A stretch of DNA of 64,000 nucleotides from positions 98,208,001 to 98,272,000 of the forward strand of contig NC_042997.1 in NCBI RefSeq assembly GCF_006345805.1, read 5' to 3'. Source of the DNA: Octopus sinensis (lineage: Eukaryota). This document shows, piece by piece, positions 1 to 12,948 of the stretch. Both the position numbers and the translations under genes were made by a program. Within the stretch, counting starts at the first letter, position 1, and every line of letters starts with the position of its first letter. The notes beneath the pieces are model-generated. The model worked only from the letters and a program-made list of their open reading frames with translations, had not been told where the DNA came from and did no database searches.

Positions 1-185
1 AATCCCTTTGTCTGTCCTTATTTGTCCTCTCTGTGTTTAGCCCCTTGTGGCTAGTAAAGAAATAGGTATTTTGTCTGCCATTAGGGTGGATAAAATTAGT
101 ACCAGTTACGTACTGGAGTCAATGTACCCGACTTAAATCCTTCTCCTAAATTTGAGACCTTGTGCTTCCAGTAGAAAGGATTTAT
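1..185 (+). mobile_element. SINE family A 3' portions (two partial copies)
   Basis: 1-70 matches the 3' end of the 45660-45892 copy. 85-185 matches its central/3' block. Confidence 0.8.
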
Positions 186-316
186 TAAAATTGAAAAAGT
201 GTAACACACTGATATTCACATTTATTATATTAGATATGTTTAATTTTGGGGAAACTTTATTTCAATTAAAGTGTATTTTATATACACACACATATATATG
301 TGTGTGTGTGTGTATG

Positions 317-372
<56 letters not shown>

Positions 373-934
373 ATGTATTATAAATATATATATATATATA
401 TATATGTATTAAAGAAAGCAAAAAATAAAACAAAAATTGAGTGTTCAGTATGTTGGTTCAGTGTTCAGTATGTTGGCCACAGAAATTTCTGTCAAAGAGA
501 CATGGTTAAACAAAGCTGTACATCATCTTCCTTTTTCTCTGACATACCCACTCTTTCTTTCTTTCTTTCTCTCTCTCTCTCTCTCTCTCATTACTGCACT
601 CTCACCATTAACACTACTACTTTAAATAAAACATCAACTCACTCTCTAAATTTCTTTCTCTCTTTTTGTTAAGTGGAATGAATGTGAAATAATGTTGTTA
701 CAAAGTTAGTTTCTTAATTATACAACCACCTCTGCGTGACTTGTGTGTAATACACACACACACACACACACACGCGCACACAAACACACACATATATGTC
801 CTCTTCTGTTTTTAACTATTCAAAGTTTTCCTGTGAGGAAAGAGTTGTAATGTAGGTGACAAAATCCATGTAATATTTTAAAGTTAAGATTACCATTGGA
901 TATTTTTACTGTTCTACTTATTGTATTTTTGACG

Positions 935-1013
<79 letters not shown>

Positions 1014-2424
1014 AAACCATAGAAACTTAGGAGGTGTAAGATGTGACGGTATTTGCTTAACCGGCTGTCCATCCTCAGCCTTTTTCATGTAATAATAATT
1101 TTAGCATATAATAAATTATGTTTACATGCCTTTAATTATACATGTTTGCTGCGCATTATTCAGTTTGAATGTATATATACTAATGAATCAAAGTAAAGAA
1201 AGCTAGCTCATCAGATCACCGGAATATTATGGTTATACAAATGTTCCAACACCGTATATGTGTATGTTTCTAAGTATGTATACATAAATACAGGCATACG
1301 AGAAAAATATATGGCGTTGCCCGGAAAATAAAGAACACAAAAATATATTATTTGTAACATATAAACACATTTCTTAAATTAGTACTTGTATTTCAATAAC
1401 ACATTGCGAAACGAAGTAACACAGAAACATTCCAGACGTGCTGGTTAAACACATACTATTAAATGTTATGTTAAGCTCTAATCTAAATCATTGTATTTCT
1501 GACTCAGTGTCGGATTTTCCAGTATGATAATTTTCACAATATAAATTCACCTACGGAGTAAATATCTCTAATTTTCTGTTTACTTGTCTTTTTACATTTA
1601 CCCTCCATTTTCCTATGCTTTGAATGCTCCATTTCATTCAATGAAAAATGAATTGTCTGATAACCTTACGGGGGGGACTTATTAACTTAATTGTAAATTT
1701 TGTATTAAAATGATTAACTGAATTTTATTGAAGTTGTTTATTAGACGCATATGTCTGAACTTGAAGGTGTTTTCTTTTTCCTAGTTCTATCAGAAACATC
1801 TTTGATCAATCGATTTTCTTTACCATATTCTTGATTAACTGTCTGAACATGTATTTCAATAAGTTGCAATGTCAGCAAAGATGTTTAGTTCTGTTCTGTG
1901 AAAATGGTGGTTTTTCTGATGTCTAAATGTAATAGATCTTCAGTCTTTATCAAAATTTAAGCTGTTTACTAAAGCATCGTTTTGCAACAATTTTAAGTCC
2001 TTAGTTCCAAAACAACCATCTTCAAAAACAGCATAAAAAATTTTTGAGAGATAATCAATAAATATGGTTGCCATATATCAGGTTTTCATGTTCGATTTTT
2101 GAATAAAATTCTTTATAGTTTTATATAAACGTCTCACTTGCTCTGCTCTGGTAATGGTTATGTTATATAATGTTATTTTTTTAACTATAAAATTAAATAC
2201 AATGTCACTCACAGTTTACTATCTGCTACATTTTTCTGCAACAGAAACGAAGTATTCTGCAGAACAATGTAGAATGTGTGTATGAAATTCAAGCGGCTCA
2301 TCCGAGCCCCCAACCTTTAAAATTCGTTTCATATAAAGTATTCTGAATAACTGAACATACTATGAAATTTTATGATTAGTACTTTGTGTCAAGTGCATTG
2401 TAAGCATGCGATACTTTAAGAATA

Positions 2425-3320
2425 CAGGAATCATCGTGTTACATGAGAAATTAGTCCCTGAAAAACTTGCTGTAACACGAAATAAATATCCACATGGATG
2501 TTCATGTCATTAAACGACAGTGCGTTCCGGTGGATATTTTCGAAGGAGACATAAAAAGCGGCACACCGAATTTTATGCATGAGAATAACAATTTCTAAAT
2601 ATACACAGTACAAAACGTACACATAAAACATTTGAAGTGAATGATATTCGAGAATACATAAGAATCGTAATATCGTATTAGGCTATATACTAGAAAATAT
2701 GTTGACTCTGTGTGAGGGACGGTGATGGAATGAGTATTATTGGGAGGATAGGAGACACTATCTTCTATTTTATAGTTCGCCATCATCGACATTTATTTGA
2801 GAGGTGGGGAACTTGTTCACAATTATTAGTTGTTTATGGTATATCATCTTCGTACAGCTCAGTGTAGTAAGTGAAGTCATTGCTGACTCCTCTAGTGACT
2901 TTTAGATTACGTTCATGATTAGTATCGTTATCAGCAATAAATTGCAGACGTTCTTCTGTAAGTGCCAGCCCTGAGGCATCAGTCGTTGTTGCAGTGAACT
3001 TTAAGTGAAGTTGTTGGAAATTGCCTATCCTCATCTGTATTTTCAACTTGCTTATTTTCGAATAGCATCCCATTCATTATGAGACACGAACAACTCATCT
3101 ATAACATACCCTATGGCTTACAACCATATATCATTTGCAAATGTCCCAATATTTTTTTCGAATTTAATGTAGACTTTCTGCTTGTGGAAAACTTGTTAAA
3201 TCACGGATACAGTGTGACCATGTATTTTCCCGGTCCGTGCAGCGAAGTAACGTCCCATTCTAAGTACGACATTAAATCTACTGAGTAATTTCTTGAGAAT
3301 TTGGCTTAAATTTCTATCTA
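2425..3320 (-). mobile_element. Degenerate pogo/Tigger-like DNA transposon remnant
   Basis: Minus-strand peptide LALTEERLQFIADNDTNHERNLKVTRGVSNDFTYYTELY resembles the Tigger transposase C-terminus (DPNxERxxxxxRxV...Y). TA|CAGG... TIR-like end at 2423-2480. The other end was not found. Confidence 0.45.
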
Positions 3321-4344
3321 TTGTCATAAATCCACATGTTTACGCTATAGACGTTGCAAGCTTTAATGTTTTGGGAATATTCCTGATTTTTCTCCCACAT
3401 TAAGCCTTTATATAACATCAGGTTTAATATCCAATATTTTCCTTTTTTGTTCATCTTCGCATTATTACTTTCACTTCTGTTTGGTGCCTCCTTTCTAGAC
3501 ATCGTGAATTTTAGACTAAATGAAACAGTGCCAACAATCAACAATTATCCACACCGCATATATAGTGATAGAGGCACTACCGAGAAAGAACTGCTTGTAA
3601 GAGCAAGAAAAAAAAATCGTGTTACTCTTATGAGTGTAAGACTAGAAATGAGACGATGAAAAGGTGAGGCAGTAAGGTGATTACAGTTACTGTGTTCACG
3701 AACTTGGTAACGGTTACACCTGTCACTTGAGTCATAAAAACACCACACTCCACTCACTCACACACATACATACATCCACACCCACACCCATATCTACATA
3801 CCCACACGGATACACTAACACATGCACACACACACACACACACAAACACGCACATACACGCACACACATGTACAGACACTGCGTTCTATCGACATTAAAC
3901 ATTAGAAACTTCAAACATTGCTATCACGCTGGTACTATATTTTTCGCTGCCAGTTGGTTATTCAAATAATGGTAACTTAGTAGTGGTTGTGGTATTGTTT
4001 CTATTTGTTTTCATGTTGGTAATGAAGGTGATGGTGATGTTGGGGTTGGTGTTAGTGATGGCGGAATTCATATTGTTCTAATTAATTGTATTGTTGTTGC
4101 TCTTTAGTCTCAAACCAATAGTCATTTACCTAAGATCAAAGACATTTCATTCAACATTTAAAATAGTTTAGAATATCACATTAAGTCATGTGATTGATTC
4201 TTTTTATTTCGGTTGCTTAACTTGACCATACTACGTTTCTGCTGGGGCGGTGGTGTGATCTTTCGAAAGCTACAACGATGCGAGTAAGCACACTGTGACT
4301 AGTGATGGTTGACATCCGATGTTCTGGTCGATACAGTGATAGCA

Positions 4345-4685
4345 TGGTACACACACACACACACACACACCACACACACACACACATACATACATACATA
4401 CATGCATACATACATACATGCATACATACATGCATACATGCATACATACATACATGCATACATACATACATATATACATACATACATACATACATACATA
4501 CATACATACATGCATACATGCATACATGCATACATACATATATACATACATAGCTGAATAGGTTGATACATACATAGCTGATAGATAGATACATACATAG
4601 CTGAATAGATGGATAAACAGATAGATTGATAGATAAATATATAAATAGATGCATACACACATAAACACACACACACATACACAGA
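4345..4685. repeat. (CA)n/(CATA)n/(GATA)n compound microsatellite
   Basis: Directly visible. Similar TA/CA/AAT tracts recur throughout (e.g. 280-410, 10465-10600, 21100-21530, 27020-27350, 30095-30300, 54215-54425, 55084-55207, 61810-61905). Confidence 0.95.
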
Positions 4686-4696
4686 CACGTGTATAT

Positions 4697-4995
4697 GTGG
4701 AGGCATATGGCCTAATGTTTAGAGCAGAGAACGCGCGGTCGAGGGATCGCAGCTACGAATCTCAGACTGGGTGTTGTGTGTGTTTATGAGCGAACTACCT
4801 AAGCTCCACACGGCTCCAGCAGAAGGTAATGGCCAACTTCTTGCTGACTCTTTCGTCATAACTTTCTCTCACTGTTTCCTCCTGCATCTAGTAGGTCACC
4901 TGTGACGGACCGGCGTCCAGGCGCTAAGCCGATACATCAATGAAAGCAGAACGGGGAACCCGGCCCTTATGAGCCAAACAAGACTCGAGTAGGAC
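4697..4995 (+). mobile_element. SINE with family-B-like head and alternative tail
   Basis: GTGGAGGCATATGGCCTAATG head and GCTCCACACGGCTCC body. Tail GACGGACCGGCGTCC...CCGGCCCTTATGAG is shared with 61200-61270. Confidence 0.75.
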
Positions 4996-5094
4996 GGAGA
5001 GAGAAAGAAAGGAAATTAAGAGAAGCAAAGTAAAGGAAGGAGACAGAATGGCACAAACATAATCCAAGAATATTCGTTGGTTTATTTACTACTC

Positions 5095-5162
<68 letters not shown>

Positions 5163-5745
5163 TACCGTTTTTAAACTTGAAAAATATATATATAATATAT
5201 CTGCTATAATAATACATTGTGTCTTTCTCCGTCACAGCATATGAACGAGAAATGAAGGGGGTGATAGATGAATAAGGAAAGAAGGGGTGATTCCATCTCA
5301 CGCCCTGTGTTTATTGTGACAAAACAAATACACAAACTGGTAGTGGGATGATGGAAATTCTACGGTGAAAAAAATTCAAACAGCGTTCTGTGTGAGTATG
5401 TGTATATGTGTGCGCGTCTACAAGGGAAGTAAGTGAATGTTTGCATGTGTGAACCAGCGTTCTTTCAGTAACAAACATCGATCGATATCACATCTCAAAA
5501 GACAACCACTAGATAACATTGACAAGTGTTTTAATTTGGTTTACCACCCATATTCTATCTGTTTTGTTAAAAATGATTATTAGAATCACACACACCTACA
5601 CAAACATATACATATACATTAGAGAAAATAATTATTGCCTAAGTGTATCAAGAATACAAAACGACTGCAGTTGAAAAGTATATTTTAAATTTGGTAATAA
5701 AAGAATTAAGCTAAAAAAAACTTGGTTTTGCACCTTATTTATATA

Positions 5746-6937
5746 CTAGCAGTATAGCCCAGCTTTGCTCGGGATTAAGTTAGGATTATTAAGCTAATCA
5801 AGCTCTTTATTTCAAAGCAAACTAAGTAACATCGACCTCAAATTTGAGTGAAATCCGTTGAAATTGGTAAACTTTTGGCTGAAATGTTGCAAACAATTCG
5901 ATTGAGAAATCCCATAAGGAATCGGTTTATCGAGTTTTCCACTCATCGATTGTTTGTTTTTTTTTTCGTTTTTGGAGAACCTAAAGCAGCCAAAGATCCC
6001 ATGAGTCCTAAGTAATGCTGGCATCAAGTTTGAACAAAATACATCAAAATTGGTAGCCGTTATGGTTGAAAATGGGGTATAACCAATTTTAGTGGGTAGT
6101 CCTATAAGGAATCGGTTTATCGATATGTGTCTCCTGATATAATGGAAAACCCCATAAGGAAATAGTTTATTGATTTTTCACCCCACATAGGACTTAACCG
6201 AACATTGTTGATTCAAAAACATCTATATTTATACTTTAAAGTTGGTTTTCATACCCAACCCAGTTCTGCAGAATCAGTGTCGCGACGGGAGCGCATGGGA
6301 TGGGAGTTTGATCGGCAGAGTTGATCAGGTTGCATAAGCCAACCCTTTTGAAAACACCACCCCCATCATGTAACCCCACTTTACCCATGGGTTGAGAACC
6401 CTTCCAGCAAGGAAAATAGGACGCCCAAAAGGGCCCCCGATCCTCTGTGTGAGAAGCGGTTATGTTCAGATCACAACTAAGTATATATATATGGGCAACA
6501 CACACACACACACACACACACACAACACAAACATATACGTGCACACTCCTATTGCATACACATTTTTGCATGCCTTTGCCCCTGCCACTGTCCCACCACC
6601 ACTTCCTACCTGTGTAATACCATCAATTAAAGCAAATTTGGCACCCGGACGTAAGTTTTGTAACAGGAAGAAACATTGTTCACAAAATAATACCTGATCA
6701 TTTGCGAATGAGTGTGTCTACAGTCAACACGTAGGTCTTTTGCTCTGGTAACCTCTGCTATCTCCCATGTTCACGCACGACCAGCTATATATCGCTATGA
6801 ATAGAGCAACGGATTCAGCTAATTTGGAAATTAGTTGTGGAGAAATGGAGAATATCGTTTATATTGTGTATATATATATATATATATATACGGGCAACAC
6901 ACACACATCCTGCCTTATATATATATATATACACAGA
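5746..6937 (-). mobile_element. Non-autonomous Helitron
   Basis: The minus strand starts TC(TG)(TA)n at 6937 and ends with hairpin CCCGAGC-AAA-GCTGGG, 8 nt, then CTAG at 5746. Inserted between A and T with no TSD. Internal repeated CCCATAAGGAATCGGTTTATCGA-like units at 5910-6180. Confidence 0.75.
6620..6862 (+). pseudogene. Pif1/Helitron helicase C-terminal remnant
   Basis: 6767-6862 translates [32 protein letters not shown], matching the helicase motif VI region (FxHGQLYVAxSR...NIVY). Upstream LRMSVSTVNT* resembles LRLAFAMTINK. Confidence 0.7.
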
Positions 6938-7020
6938 TAAAATAGTACAATTAGCTATCATATTTGACGACACAGGTCCAGTTAGTATACATGTATGTAT
7001 GTATGTATATATTTATATAT

Positions 7021-7052
<32 letters not shown>

Positions 7053-7082
7053 CATACACACATACATATATATATATATATA

Positions 7083-7138
<56 letters not shown>

Positions 7139-10100
7139 AATATACATACATATATATATGTATGTATGGATAGATAGCTACTCATTGTGACGCAATCATT
7201 TAAAGTGAAAAATTCCATCTCATACTCCGTGTTTATTGTGACAAATAATACACAAACATTTGCATGTTCATGCACACTCACGCTCATATATATGTATACG
7301 TTTGTTTATGTGTTTGTATGTATATATTATGTATGCATGTATGCAGCAGAGTTATAATTTTTCAAATTGTTCACTTCCGTCTTAGTCAAAACGACGAGAA
7401 GGAATCTTTTTGCTTTTAAATTCTCAAAGTTTAGCCGCATTTCCGTCAGGGTAAAATTACAGACCGTAGCTCAAAATCATGTAACCTGAGCTAACTGCAA
7501 TGCGGGTATACCGATTTTTGGTTTAAAAGCCTTGCCAAGATTGTCTTATTTGTAAAATCACGCAATATCTTGTCTGTAAGTAAACAAGATCTTTTTTTAT
7601 CAGTAACATAATAGGGGACATTCTAATGTTGTGAACAGAGATTAAAAGAATGCCTTGGACCATACTCTTCTGCAATGAAAATCTTGACTCTGACCAATTT
7701 TTAAGTGTGAGATAGAGAGAATAAAACACCAGCAATTCTGAAGGGAGGGATGATCAATCAGTACCATCGATTCCAATACTTGATTGGTACTTTATTTATC
7801 GAATTCGAAAGGATGAAAATCAAAGCCGACTTCGGCAGGATATGATCTTAGAATGTAAAAAGTAGGAACAAATCCCAGGGAACGTTTTGTATTTATGATG
7901 CTCTAAAGCAGATTTTACAGAGTAGCTTGGAAAATCAAACACAAACGTCTAAATCTTAAACATTGGTATTTAGTATATTGCATGTGAAAACATTGCGTTA
8001 GCATTTGATGTAAATATTTTATATAAAATTATATGTATATGTTATATGTGATTATGCATTATAGTTCGGTGTCTCTAAAAAATCGCATTGGCTTAGGAAA
8101 GAGTTAATCTAAATTATTAAATTTAATACTTAGTTTTCGTCGTTTTACATTACACTTGATTATTTTTACTAACTTACCAAGACTCTAAACTGCTTGTGTA
8201 AAAGTTTTGAGAATCTAAGCAATAATTACGTTCAAAGATTTTAGATGTTTGCGCTACGTTATTATATCTAAGGTTTTTTGTTTTGTTACTCTCAGTTATG
8301 ACCTATAATTTTGATTACGACAAACATGCACAAATTCTTACTATCTTTGTCACATCAAATTTAAAAAAAATGATTTTGAGAAAAAAAACCCAACGAAAAC
8401 AACCAAAAAACTAACAGTAAAACCACCCTTTTAATGTATGCTTATTTAGTAGTAGGGTGAACGTAAACAACGTAATATTTTATGTGTTAAGTAGGAAGAA
8501 AGTGAAATATACTGGTTTCATATACTTAAAATATTAGCTTGAATGAATTTCTATAAAAAATAGATATAAAAGGATATCAAAACCAAACGTGTATAGTACT
8601 AGAAGGTAAGATATGAACCAAGAGAGTGAGGAGAAAAGGGTTAAGAGGGGGAAGAGAGAGGGAGAGAGATATAATAAAGAAAAATCAGAGGTTATCGTGA
8701 TAGAAAATCATGGAGAAGATATGAGAAAAAAACGAGAGCTGTTAGAAACTAAAGGTGGAGCGTTTCTGTTTTTGTTTTATATCTCGATTGCCATAACAGA
8801 AAATGGGAACACGTTTTCAAATAAAAATAAAAAAGATAGCTGATATAAGGAAATATTTTGTTTTTAATGTAATAATAATAGTTCTAAAGAAAAAAGTGTG
8901 CCCCGAAACTAAAACAATACAACAAAGCAAAATAAAAAATACATGAAAACCAAACAAAGGACTCTAAACAAGAACAACCAAACAATTGTACCGGACTGAT
9001 TCCCCTCCAGGCTTCTTTTCAATGAAAAGTTGCTCAATCTTCCAAAGTGCTTCTTTTTTCTCTTTAGTGTTTCATACTATCTTCAATTAGACTATCTTAA
9101 CGAACATGATGTTCCTATTCTTGTGAGAGAGAAATCCATCTGCCACACCATTTTTTCCCGACACTAATGCAAAAAGTAGCTCTCAACTAGGGTCCTTATG
9201 CGCCTTGGAGATCCATTTAAGATTTTGTTGTTAAAATTTGTGTGATAAATTGGTTATACTTCAATAGTACACAAAATATTTTAACAATATTTTTTTATAA
9301 TTCTTAATATTTAATTATAAAGATATAACAGGAGTTTTGAATCATCAAATAGTTATGAGATTTCCCCCAAAGTAAAATAGAACCAAAGAAATCCTTAGAG
9401 AAAGAAGAATTGAGAATCTCTGATTTAAGAGTTCTGAAAACACCCGTTCCAGTCGTAATATTGTCCACGAAGCTCTCAGTAACATATCCGAACTTAATAT
9501 GGAATCTGATGCGGAAGGGTACGGGTCATCTGAGTTCGCGATGGTTTCATTACCTCAGGTGTGCAAACTATCATTAAGTCTGAGACAGCGTCAAATGTAT
9601 TTACAGCAACACGAAGAACAAGTCAGTTCTCGATCAACACCGTCTTGCTTGCCACCAGATTATCTCGCAATCAAAACAAAATCCCTCGGCCCAATATGGT
9701 GCCCTCTTCGACGACCGGCACACTTCTCGACCATGAATACATATGCATTCGAGAGGACTTGAGTTGATCTGCGCTCCGGTTTCTGCGTTGTGAACCATTT
9801 AAAAGTCGTTGAGGAGCTAGCCGACGGCCGTCGTGTTCCGACAGTACCCTTTCTATGTTTGTCACAGTACAGGACCTTTTCCCTATCCTGCTGCAGTAAA
9901 TCATTTTAGAATTCATTATTCCTAGACCGAACAAAGCAAACTGACAGAATCGTTTGAGTAGGGGACAAAAAAGAAAAATATCCTCGCGATACTTGTTTCG
10001 ACTCTTTAGATGCTGAGTTTATATCTTATCGGGGTCAACTGTGCTTTTTATCCTTTCAAGGTCGGTAAAATAACGTAATTAGTCAAGTCCTGAGGTAATG

Positions 10101-10502
10101 GTACCGACTAATCATTTCCCTCAAAATTGTTATCCCTGTGCCTAAATCGGAAACCATGATTTCTAGAGCGAATAAAACAAAATAATATGAAAGGCTCGAT
10201 ACTAGAAGCGTGTGAAGTAGGATAATGTGAAATGACTCTCTTATTTCTTTCATAATTTTCTTGCAGGATACCATTAGCTTTTCGTTAGAAACACATCTTT
10301 TAGTGACACCGGCGTTCATATTACCACAAGTTCATTAAGTATATTGTTAAGTCTTTCAAATACAAATGGTGCTAATACAGGTTTCTTCTAAAAGTTTAAA
10401 TATGTTCTGTTTGAAATAGCATGCTATTGCTAATTATCTTTCAATATTTTTGCCATTTCTTTTTCATTAATGATAATAATAATGATAATGATAATAATAA
10501 TG

Positions 10503-10557
<55 letters not shown>

Positions 10558-12525
10558 TAATAATACCAACAGCATCAACAACAACAACAACAATAATAAT
10601 AATTTAAGTACTTGGATACAAATTTGGGTGGTTGGGGTATAATCTATAAAACTAATGACAGGTGTTATTCTATTGTCCCCGGAAATTTGAAAGCAAAGTT
10701 GACCACGTAGGGTGTTTAGACCAAAACCTGATGTAACGTAACTAAAATATAGCAAGGTATTTTGTTCGTTGCTCGAATGATTATTCAGTTATTCTGCATA
10801 ACTGATTTATAATAGTAAAAATTGTTTCAAACATAAAGCACAAGAGCAGAGATTGAAGGGGTGGACTTAATTTAAACCACCCCAGAACTATATTTTATTC
10901 ACTCCCAGAAGGATGAAAAGGCCAAGTCAAGATATGATTAAAGTCATAGCATAATGAACGCTAAAAGCTGTAAAGGTATTAAAATCATAACTAAAGTATC
11001 TATGCTGGTACTATTTATCGACCCATATGGAATGAAAAACAAAATTCTTTCCATACTATCCCTACGGTTTCTTACCTATTTTTTCCCACCGTTAAACGAC
11101 ATGACGCGGAACAGCTGCTGTTAACTTTTGGTTGTCTCTATGCTGGGGAAGTTTCCTTGGATCCTCAATGTGTTGCCTCATCTACCCTCATATGATGAGA
11201 CTGAGCGTGACGCGAATTTCTGCTTGTCTCTCTTTCCGGGCTAACGACTATTGGAGCTAAGATCAGTAATGCGGTAAAAGCAGCAGTGTTAGCAGCTGTG
11301 ACATCAGCTGTAGTCCTTACATCGTCATATTTGCTAATTTTTGCTATCTTTCTTTTTCTTTCACGTTTTATTTTTCTGAGGGCCCTAAAGTAGTATTTTT
11401 TACCATCATATATTGTGGTATCTGAAATTTCAGCTTTGCGCATGACAAGAGCTTCTGCGTTGCACACCCGTATGACTGCACATCACTACTCCTTAAATGA
11501 AGTACAACTCCTGTGTACCCCATTTAAGGTGTAGTAATCGATGGTAAAAACTTGTAGTAATCGATCGTAAGACTTGGAAGTCCATTCTTGTATCACCCAA
11601 CCACATATTATTGTGGGTTACCTTCACGCCCATAAGATATCTGCACGGTTTCATAAAGCTACGTCTATACTGTTGTGTCGATAAGTCAAGGATCAACGTG
11701 AGTTATGTATCACTGTGACTCATGTATTGGGGCACCGTTCTATTGGCAGGGGTATAAGACATCAGCCCTCTCGCTTTGTCGTTCCGTGTGACAATTTATC
11801 TAAAGATCAGCTACACAGTTCCATATGCCATGACGTGGTCGAGAGTGCAAATATTTTATGAAGTATTGACCAAGGTTTTCCTAAATCTTCTTTCTACCGC
11901 ATTTGAAAATTATCCTTATTGCTTGGAAAAAGAAATTCCTCCCTTCTTGTTCCTTCCTGATAAATTTCTCTGACTAGAAGGTATGGTCTTTCTTATTACA
12001 TGTTGCCCATGCCTCGTAGTTTACTTTGAAATTGTTTATATAAATTAGATCCTTTTGACTCACTGATGAAATGTTGATTTTACAGATGAAATGTTGCTAT
12101 CCTTATTGTAGCTGGTGGTGTTATTGCTGTTCCTGCTGCTTATACTGATTTCCTACTTTATTTCAATTAATGTTTAACACTACTCTTTTTGCGTAAGTTT
12201 TCCCTAGTACAACTGTAAATATGCTCGAAACTTTCTTTGTTGAATATTTATAAATCTGCTTTTGTGCATGAGAATAATTACAAAAAATAACTTACTAAAA
12301 ATTTACCATACTGGAACCTGCTATCTTTGCCGAAGTCTACATATGAAATATAAGACTGTTATTTGTGAATTAAATATTGTTATGAGCACTTGGCACTGTA
12401 CGCTCGCTACAGAGAGCAATTTGAAACGCTTTAGCTGATACATCCATTGTTTTAAAAGTAATATCGAATCTTTAAAAATATGATTAAATATCTCATTTTT
12501 TATATATATTTTTTTTCTTTTTCAG

Positions 12526-12626
12526 TTTTCATAAAGAACTAAAAAAAAGTTTGTGATATTCGCAATCCAAATTCAAATACGAAGTATATCTCGTCTCTTC
12601 TCGATTGACTTTAAAACTTGATAAAT
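12526..12626 (+). other. Probable 5' UTR part of the first coding exon
   Basis: Strong pyrimidine tract TTTTTTTTTCTTTTTCAG ending at 12525 implies a splice acceptor and therefore an upstream exon. Confidence 0.6.
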
Positions 12627-12792
12627 ATGGCGGACGAAGTGACGATTATTCATTTTAATGATGTTTATAATATTGAACCCCGGAGTGATGAACCAAAAGG
12701 AGGAGCTGCCAGATTCGCAAATTATGTCCAAACTTGTAAAGACCTCAACCCAATTGTTTTATTCAGTGGTGATATATTTAACCCATCTTTAC
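12627..12792 (+). CDS. 5'-nucleotidase-like metallophosphoesterase (CG11883-like), coding exon 1
   Basis: ATG 12627 with an in-frame upstream TAA at 12612. Encodes MADEVTIIHFNDVYNIEPRSDEPKGGAARFANYVQTCKDLNPIVLFSGDIFNPSL, containing the HFND, GGAAR and SGD motifs of the 5'-nucleotidase N-terminal domain. Ends at phase-1 donor AC|GTAAGT. Confidence 0.93.
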
Positions 12793-12907
12793 GTAAGTAA
12801 GAATTTTTGTTGAAAAATTACGGGATTTCTCTGCAATGTATATCTATGATAATAATAATAATAATAACAACAACAACAACAACAATAATAATAATAATAA
12901 TTACACA

Positions 12908-12948
<41 letters not shown>

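Noticed and set aside
11160-11770. Minus-strand ORFs and GC-richer sequence upstream of the gene
   Set aside because: No recognisable motif or splice pattern. Probably an old repeat but not assignable.
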